Shown here: one piece after another, positions 15,001-24,000 of the stretch
How the letters are laid out: each line of letters starts with the position of its first letter
How positions within the stretch are numbered: the stretch's first letter is position 1
Source of the DNA: Cyanophora paradoxa CCMP329
Taxonomy: Eukaryota; Plantae; Glaucophyta
NCBI GenBank assembly: GCA_004431415.1
Contig: QPMI01000435.1
Coordinates: 248,001-312,000 of the forward strand
DNA: 64,000 nt
Direction of reading: 5' to 3'
Position numbers and translations under genes: made by a program
The notes under the pieces: generated by a model
Database searches by the model: none
Seen by the model: only the letters and a program-made list of their open reading frames with translations
What the model was told of the DNA's origin: nothing

Positions 15001-18000
15001 GTATGTATGAGAAGTGTGTCGAACTCGCTAAACAGCAGATCCGACCACTCGCTTTGAACACCGATTGTGTTTATGGGATCGCTTATGAACCCATTGCCCC
15101 AGTGTCATTCGATCGCAATGCCTTTGAGAATATTGGAAAATTCAGTGTGAAATGCTGCCCCAATTTTTCTAAAAAGTTTTCAGGTGAGAAGAAAGACCTC
15201 GAGGCAAAACGAATTCGTTACGGAAAGTTTGAGAGAGCGACTGACTTTGTGAAAATCGAGAACTACAGTTATACCAAACACTCTGTGGTTGATGAGTATG
15301 ACACAACCGCGATTTGTGATTTGCTGGCTACACAAAAACGATGGGTTCTTCTCGGATCAGTTCCAGGAGTTGGAAAGACTCACATGACAGTTGAATATGG
15401 GAAGCGTTTCAAAAATCCCCTCTATATTGTTCCGACCAACAAGCGAGTGAAGGAAATGAAAGAGCAAGGATTGAAAAATGTGAAGACAATCTATGATGCC
15501 CTTCATCTCAAAATCGATGAGTCGAACATGGATGAAATCGTAGGAGGGAATGCATCTGGTTTGGTAGAATTTGATTGCATTGTTATTGATGAGATCTGTC
15601 AGTTTAAGATTGGAGAACTGGCAGCCCTGGACCACATCATGAATGAGCAGTTCCCAGATAAGGTATACATTGCCACAGGTGACCCGTATCAGAACCCACC
15701 CATTCAGGATATGAGTGTTGATCAAGATGAGTATTACCTTGATATCCTCCATCGCCTGTTCCCCAACGAATTGTTACTCCAAGTGAACAAGCGCCATGAG
15801 ACTGAGGAAGATCGCAGAAAGGTTGAGCAAATTCGAATTGATTTATTCGAGAAAGGTTTGAGTGTAAGTGAGGTCCTAGCAAAGTACGGGTTCAAGGTTG
15901 TGGACGAATTGGCAAAGACAGATAAAGGCATTGTGTATACAAACCGCAAGGGTGCAGAGGTGAACCTAGCCCTTCACAAAATGAACTACGGGGATAATGT
16001 TTCCATTTATGCTGGCGGGATCAAAGTTGTTGCAAAGACTCGTATTGCAAAGGGTGGGAAGATAGTTCATAATGGATTTGTCTACAAGATTGTCAAGCTC
16101 TCAAAGGACAGTTTCATTATTGCTGACATTGCCAACAAGAAGGATGAGATTGTTCTCAGCAGGGATGCAGTCAAACATTTCGCCCTGGCTTACGCAAACA
16201 CCTGCCATGTTGTTCAAGGTGATACGATTCGCTGCAAAGGGAACAGGGTAGTCGTGTTCGAAACTGGGGCGCCATTTGTTTCAAAGAAGTGGCTATATGT
16301 TGCTCTCACTCGAACCACAAGGCTGGATGATGTTGTTATTTACCATGATAATTTCGAAATGGCTCACTGGAAAGTGTGGAAAAGAGAGAATAACGAGAAG
16401 ATTTCGACTTACAAGGATCAGGACCGAGCAGCAAACAGACAATTCGATGAGCATGATTACATCACATGGGATTGGATCAAGCAGCGATATGGGAAGCAGT
16501 ATGGGCATTGCCTGCGATGCTACAATGCCATGGACTTTGAAGATATTTCGGTAGATCGAATTAATAATGCTGTGGCTCACATTACCAAAAATTGTTTCCT
16601 CTCTCATATTAAGTGTAACTGTGCCGCCCAATAATGGATAGTGTATTATCATTCAAAAAGTATAGGCAGAAACTGATTAATGAAAAAGTGAGTTTTGATG
16701 AAAAAGAGTTGAAAAAGAAGTTCAAAAACTCAGAACTCCAGCAAATTTACAAGAAACCAAGGAAACCCAAATCGTTTCTTCGCATAGTGGCAAAGCCTAG
16801 ATCGTTTCAAATCGATATAACATATTTCAGAGGGTTTCAGACTGCCAACAATGGCATTTTCAAAATGCTTAGTTTCGTAGACATACTTAGTCGCAAAGGA
16901 TTTGTTTATCCTTTTAAAAACAGCAGTGAGATCCCGAGCATTTTAAATAGGTTCAAGCAAGAAGCAGGCAAAGTTAATGCTCTCTCTGGGGATAATGAGT
17001 TTTCCCAGGCAGTATACCGAAATTGGTGCAGTGAACATGGTGTAATGCTATACACAGATGTGGCAAAGGATGACCACATCACAGTAGGAGATAAACTGGG
17101 GATAATTGATAGGTTCACTAGGACTTTCAAACAGTATCTCAGAAAATCGATGACAGCAAAGGGAACCACGAAATGGATCGATCTACTTAGTGATGTAATT
17201 GACTTGTATAATAGCAGTCCCCATTCTGCATTGAAAAATGACTCTCCAAATGCAGTGTATACAAATGAAGATAAACAGTTATTTATTTACATGAGGGATA
17301 CTGTTCACAACAATCGTGTAAAGGAGGCTGATACTAATCAAGTGAAACCAGGAGACACAGTTCGAGTTTTGCAACCAAAGGGATTGTTTGAAAAAGAAGG
17401 TGCGCAATTCAGTCAGAAGGTCTACACTGTTGCAAAGGCTGATAGGAATCGTTTCAAAGTGCTTGAAGATAATGATGGTGAGGAAACAAAAGAAGTGAAG
17501 AGGAGATTTAAGAAACAAGAATTGCAAAAGGTGAATAAAGATGATATCATTAAGATACCATCACAAAAACGGATTCAGCAGGTTAATAAAACGAATAAAG
17601 TGAATCGATTGGTAGCAAAAGAAGGCATAAAACCCAATCGGAGTAATGTAATTCGGAGGAGATACAATTTGAGAAGTGGTTTAACGAAACGCTAAATCAT
17701 GGGAGACACGGCGGATGAAAAGGATATAACTTCGATTAAATATAATTAATCGAGATTATGATATAACTTCGATAAATAAGATTTAAGATATAACTTCGAT
17801 TAATTCGATTTTTGTTACTGAGGCTTACTGAGATTTAGTGAGATTTGGAATTGGGTTACTGTGAATGGTTTGTTTTTCTTGGGAATTGTTTTGGAGACAC
17901 GGCGCATAAAAAAGATATAACTTCGATAAGATATAATTAATCGAGATTATGATATAACTTCGATTAATTCAATGTTTCTTACTGAGGCTTACTGAGATTT

Positions 18001-21000
18001 ACTGATATTCAAGATTGGGTTACTGGGAATGGTTTGTTTTCTGATTTGTTTTTGATTTTTTCGCGGGTATTTTTTTGGAGACACGGCGCAGTGCTGAGCT
18101 GTCGACAGCCACCGTCGAGCCCTGCGCACGCGCAAGCAAGCAGTCCCTGTGAACTCCCATGTGCGCATCGGTCTTGGGTGCTCGGCACTCACAGCAGTTT
18201 CGTCGAATTTGTACCATCTTTTGTCGACATGTGCGCGGTCTGTAAACTCGGAGTGAAGGGAGAGGTAAAACAACGTCGCGCACAGCAAAAGGTTTGTATT
18301 CCGGTTGATGTAAGCAGAGCTGCTGCAGAGGAGCCCGCCGTTTCGAGCAATGCTAGCAATCTCCACAGATGTTAGCACCCTATTCCAGATTCTCACGTCT
18401 GATCGAGGACAGCATAAGCAACACGGCCGCGTTCCTTTGGTATTCAAGCGATCACTTCAACCGACCGGCAAGAGAAATGTTGTATGGGGATCTGGGTTGG
18501 ACTGTAGTGCCTGCCTGTTACGGAAACGAGTTGGATAGTAAGATTCCGGTACACGGGTAAAAGGGTACGATGGAGGAAGAGGGGGGCGGGAGGGTTGGTG
18601 GGAAGGATGGGGCAGGGGGCCCGGGGCGGGAGATGCGGAACGTGACACACCCAGGACGATCTTCCTGCAGTGGCGGTCGATTGGGAAAGTCAGATCAGCA
18701 GGAATGCGCGGTTCCAATTCCGATGCTCGCCCTGTGCGCATGCGTACCGATGTAATTTGCCGTGCGGTTAATTGCCTCGATCGGAGCTGTTCCGACAGGG
18801 GCAGATCCTTCGGCAGTCTCGAAGTAGTCTTTGTGCCACAGTAAGTTCGGGTCTGCACGGCACCAGGCGTAGTACGTCTGATAGAAACTCCATCCCATTG
18901 CCAAGGAGATCTCGACTTCCTCTCCGTCAAAGAAAGCTTTGATTGGCGCGCCGAATCCGGTGAGCGTGATCGCATCATTTTTGCATTTCATCGTCGAGCT
19001 GACGGTGCTGTCCAGTGTGATTGCCACGTGCACCCACCGTCCATTCTGTCCATTGCAAGTTGAGTTCAAAATCAGCGAATCCGAGGCCGGAGCCCTGCGA
19101 GTGATCACGAATTTAAGAGGAGGCGCACCGAGATGTAGCGCCTAGGCAGGTCGCCGTTCAAGCCGTCGTTTGTGTTCGCATCACCGTCCCCAAAAGAGTC
19201 GCCGACGATCACAGATGTGTAGTAGAGTGGCCGGCCGTGGTGGCTTTCGATTGCGAAGTGCTGCTTTTTGTTATCCTGCGGTACGTATACGCATTCATTT
19301 AAATATTGACACGACGAAGTTGACACCGCAGAAGAAGTTCAGTTAGAGGTCATATACAGGTAGAACCCCGTAACCGTCGGACTAGCTACATACTAAGTTA
19401 TAACTTATTACTTATGACGCATGCGGACACCCGTAAAAAAACTCAGTTCTCACGGAACGGTCGAGCCAAAAATCCTCGGTAGTTTGATTGAGGTCAGAAA
19501 ACTTACCTTAGGGTTGTGTTAACGCATATGAGAACACAGTGTGGCATAGTCGACGTCGGAAGTCCGACCGTCGGACGGTCGACGTCCGACGTTGCGACGG
19601 GCGACTCCCGGACCCGGGAGTCCGTTCAGCGACTCCGGAGTCCGCGTGCGTTAACGTTGCTGCACCGTACTACTTTTAGTACGGTACGCCACCGTACTAC
19701 GGTACGCGCCGGCGCGTGGCGCCGCAGTACCGTGGTACTACCGGTAGTACCGACTCCGAACTTAGAGTCCGAAGTTCGAGTCCGAACACGGTCTGCTGCA
19801 CATGTACAGCGGCACTACAGCCACTGAGCCTGCATGGCAGAGCGTTTGGCCCAGACTCCGCCGCCCAGTGGCCCGGCGGCGGCGGGGCGCCGGCCCGGCG
19901 GCCGGCGCCGGCGCCTCTAATATGGCCCGCTATAGCGCTAGGCTAAATAATACTGTAGAACTAGAAATATTAAGTGGGCTGCATATTTATAGTACTTAAA
20001 AAGTTTTGGGCAATTTCCTAAATATTACACGCCCCCACAGTGCTGGAGTAGACTAGAGGCTGTGGCCGGTAATTCACCAAAAAAAACATTTCGTAAATAT
20101 TTCTCGCCTGCTAAAGCCGAGATTTCGCAGGGGTACTCCTTTCTTCGCCATACAAAAGCCCTGCGAAGACCGACCTACCAATAGCTAAAAAAAAGCTTAG
20201 GGCCGCGGGGATGAACCGGCATAAGCGAAGACCGACCTACCAATGCTACCATTGCTACCAATAGCTAAAAAAAAGCTTAGGGCCGCGGCCCGCGGGGCTG
20301 AACCGGTATACATGCTAGTACTGGCCGCCGGACCGCGGCCCGGCGGGCCCGCTAGCGCGCGGCCCGGCTGAACTGGTGAAAAGCGGCCGCCGGGCCGCGG
20401 CAAGTTCACTAGCCTAGTACCGTAGCTGGCCCTGCTAGCCTGGCAGTGGCAACTAGTATAAACCAATAGGCTAGCTATTAATTTGCGATCGCGAGGACGT
20501 CGACGTTCCGGGCAACTTCCGGCCCCATTACACCGAAATCTGACGGACGACTCCGAAAGCTAGCGCCCGATAGGCCAGCTTGACGTCATTGAACGGTTAG
20601 AAAAAAGCGAATTCGACAAGGCAATTTCGAAAGCAACTTCGTCATGATCAGAGATGGTTAATTAGGCCAGCTCCGCGAGGCTCGTCACCTGTTTCTTACC
20701 GGCAAAGTCCCCCGGCGACTAGTGTAAAACAAATTACAAAGTGGTCCGGTTAGACTCCGGTAAGTATATACGTATATATATATACCGGACCGGCCAACGC
20801 GCGTTCAAGAATTATTAATATACGCATGCGGACACTCGTAAAAAAACTCGGCTCTCACGGAACGGCCGAGCCAAAAATCTTCGATAGTTGATTGAGGTCA
20901 GAAAACTTACCTTAGGGTTGTGTCAACGCATATGAGAACACAGTGTGGTACACAGTATATTACACCAGATTAAGGAACTGAAATTTTAACTTTCCGCGTT

Positions 21001-24000
21001 AATATTAGGTACCGCGCTTATTCTCGAAATCCACTGCGATAACGCCAGATACATTACCCCCAAGTGAAACTAAATTCAAAATGTCAGCGCGTTAATTTAA
21101 TTAAAAAACGGCAATTTTAATTTTGCCCCCCCGCGGATCGATTTCGATCGATCGAAGATCAGTTTAGGTTTTAAAGAAATTTTCATGCATGAAGTTCGCA
21201 GTCGCAGTGCCTACGCGCGTACCACGCGCGTACCGCGCGCGCGCGCGCGTCACGGCTTACTTACCGGTACGGACCGGGTCGGACCCGTACGGTTACTACC
21301 GTACAGGGCCTACTACAGGCTACGGTACGTGCCACGGCCCACGGTGCGCCGCCACGGACGGTGACGGACCACGGTGCGCGTCCGACGGTCGTGACTCGGA
21401 CCGTGTGACCGTCGGACGCGAGGCGACGCGAGCCGCCGCGGCCGGGCAGCCGCGGCCGCTCGCGACGACGATGTCGACTCGTCCACTTGAGTCTCGACTC
21501 TTGAGTCAACGTCATGACTGTGAGCTGCCAGGCTGTCGGGCAACTTCTAAAAAAACTAAAAAACCGGTACCCTTCACCCTTCACCGGTACCAGTACGTAT
21601 ATATACGATCCGACTCGGCGTCGAGTTGGCGTCGTAACTTGGCGATCGGTTGACGTGTGTCACGGTCCCGCGCGAGTCGAGTTTTCCCCAGCAGTTTAAG
21701 CTGGATAACGGAAGTAACGGAAAGCTTAACTTAGTAAGTGGCGGATAACGGACGTTTCCGGAAAGTAACGGACAGCTTAAGTGGCGGATAGCGAAAAGTA
21801 ACGGAAAGTAACGGAAACACGTGCCACGCGTACGGTGTCACGTCGGTGTGCACTGTAGTCTGCCGCTGTTAACCGTTGAACGTTCTACTGCTATAGCTAC
21901 TGTAGGCTTTAATCGCAGCTACAGGCTACAGCCTGCAGCAGCAGCCGCTGAGCTGTCGTTGCCCGGCCGCGGTTGCGCTTATTTAGCAACCGTGTACATA
22001 CGTATATACTAGTGCTACTGCGCATGCAGCTAGCCGCTGAGCGCTGCTGCGCATCCTTGCAATTGTGCAGACAGAGCACATCACGATTCACGACCAGCAG
22101 GTAAATTCGAAGTCAACGCGTACGCGTACGCAGCGCTAGCGAAAACAGTGATTATTTCGAAGCCGCTGAGCACCCGTTCCGGTCCTTAAGTAGCGCGACT
22201 GTATATTCGAATACGTATACGAAGCCGAGGAAGATAATTCTTTTGTCCTGAAAACGTCTGCATGTAAATTTCTTTCTTCCTGAATGTCCGACAGTCATGG
22301 TCATCAGTAAATGGGGGGGTGCGGGGGGGCTTGCCCCCCTGCTTGTAGATACATAGTAATAGTCTCGGATCCGATAACTTTTTCTAGTTTTCGCTGGGTT
22401 CTCGGTTTTTTTTCTAACGGAACCCAACTTCCTGAGACGGGGACATCAACGCCCGCGTAACGGCGCCAGTTTCCGGATAGCCTCAAGTCTAAGGACCTCA
22501 TAGCCCCGACCAGCGCCGCTGAAAGATGCGTCCTAAGCGACCTCGGGATTGCATATCGACATACACTCTCTTCCGGGCGGTCGCGGAGCGCAGCCTGGGC
22601 GCCGAAAATGACGATGAGCACTATACGAAGTGAATTCTCGAGCGGCAGCCCTTAACGAGCGGCAGCAGCTGAGATCGCCCTCGCCCGTTTGCGCGGCCAA
22701 AAAAAGGCCAAAAAGAAAAACCGGGCCAAGCGTACCCCCGTCGATTGCAAACGGTCAAAACAGCTCAGCGGCTGCAGCAGATCTAGATGCAGAAGTGATG
22801 CTTCGAATTCTGAACGCTTCAGCTCGCCCTTTGCACGCTAGCGCTTTCGCTTCTTGGTCGCAGGGCTTCGGGAGGCGGGGCCGCGCCACGCCAGATCTCG
22901 CTTGCTGGACCATGGCCAGGTGAGCCGGCGGCACGTCCTGCGTCTAGTGCCGACGAGCTCTGATCGAACTGCGCGCAGGTCGCTCGGTCGCGCTCGCTCG
23001 CCGGCCGAAGGGCTTCGGGCGGCGTATCCGCAGCGCCAGATCTCGCTCGCTGTACCAGGTGAGCCGGCGGCACGCCCTGCGTCTAGTGCCGACGAGCTCT
23101 GATCGAACTGCGCGCAGGTCCCTTGGTCGCGCTCGCTCGCCGGCCGCAGGGCTTCGGGCGGCGGATCCGCAGCGCCAGATTTCGCTCGCTGTACCAGGTG
23201 AGCCGTGAGCCGTTGGCACGCCCTGCGTCTAGTGCCGACGAGCTCTGATCGAACTGCGCGCAGGTCCCTCGGTCGCGCTCGCTCGCCGGCCGAAGGGCTT
23301 CGGGCGGCGGATCCGCAGCGCCAGATTTCGCTCGCTGTACCAGGTGAGCCGTGAGCCGGCGGCACGCCCTGCGTCTAGTGCCGACGAGCTCTGATCGAAC
23401 TGCGAGCAGGTCCCTCGGTCGCGCTCGCTCGCCGGCCGAAGGGCTTCGGGCGGCGTATCCGCAGCGCCAGATTTCGCTCGCTGTACCAGGTGAGCCGTGA
23501 GCCGGCGGCACGTCCTGCGTCTAGTGCCGACGAGCTCTGATCGAACTGCGCGCAGGTCGCTCGGTCGCGCTCGCTCGCCTGCCGAAGGGCTTCGGGCGGC
23601 GTATCCGCAGCGCCAGATCTCGCTCGCTGTACCAGGTGAGCCGTTGGCACGCCCTGCGTCTAGTGCCGACGAGCTCTGATCGAATTGCCCGCAGCTGCAG
23701 GCCGCTCGGTCGGGCTCGCTCGCCGGCCGCAGGGCTTCGCGATCGGGCGGCCGCGGGACCCGCCGCACGTGCCATTTAGCTATGCTATATCAGTTTGTTC
23801 AATTTATCACATGTCACATATCTTGATCTCACACCATTATTACTGCTCCCCATGCCTGACTCCGGGAAAGATCGGCGCCCCACCTGACTCCGGGCCAATG
23901 CTGCTACCCCTGTCCCCTATACCTTGCCTCCAAACAGCGCCACCCGAGGGCGTTACGGAGCCCGGTTCTCGTTACATAGATATGACGCACCCCGCGCAGG

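Larger units (their letters stand above)
6544..18100. mobile_element. Integrated Polinton-like virus/Maverick-type element, 11,557 bp, apparently intact
   Basis: 404-bp TIRs starting AG and ending CT; GTCGA duplicated at 6539-6543 and 18101-18105; sharp drop in GC; intron-free ATPase, MCP, penton, pPolB-helicase and rve integrase ORFs. Confidence 0.95.
19276..23990 (-). other. 4.7-kb repeat-filled intron of the host LamG gene
   Basis: Donor GT at 23990 follows ...SFQISLRG and acceptor CGCAG at 19280-19276 precedes DNKKQHFAIESHHGR. The joined peptide aligns with the paralogous repeat SFQLGIEVDGGYMYLVLESFHGR (ORF 5889-6218). Confidence 0.75.

Noticed and set aside
6544-18100. Classification as a bona fide virophage (Lavidaviridae)
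   Set aside because: No cysteine protease seen and the 408-aa MCP is shorter than typical virophage MCPs; PLV/Polinton fits better.
22313-22350. G/C hairpin followed by CTTGT as a Helitron 3' end
   Set aside because: Terminus is not canonical CTRR and no 5' end or second copy could be identified.
22819-23775. ORFs in the 139/146-bp array, and a CRISPR-like appearance
   Set aside because: Whole units repeat with no unique spacers, there are no cas genes, and the array lies within an intron.
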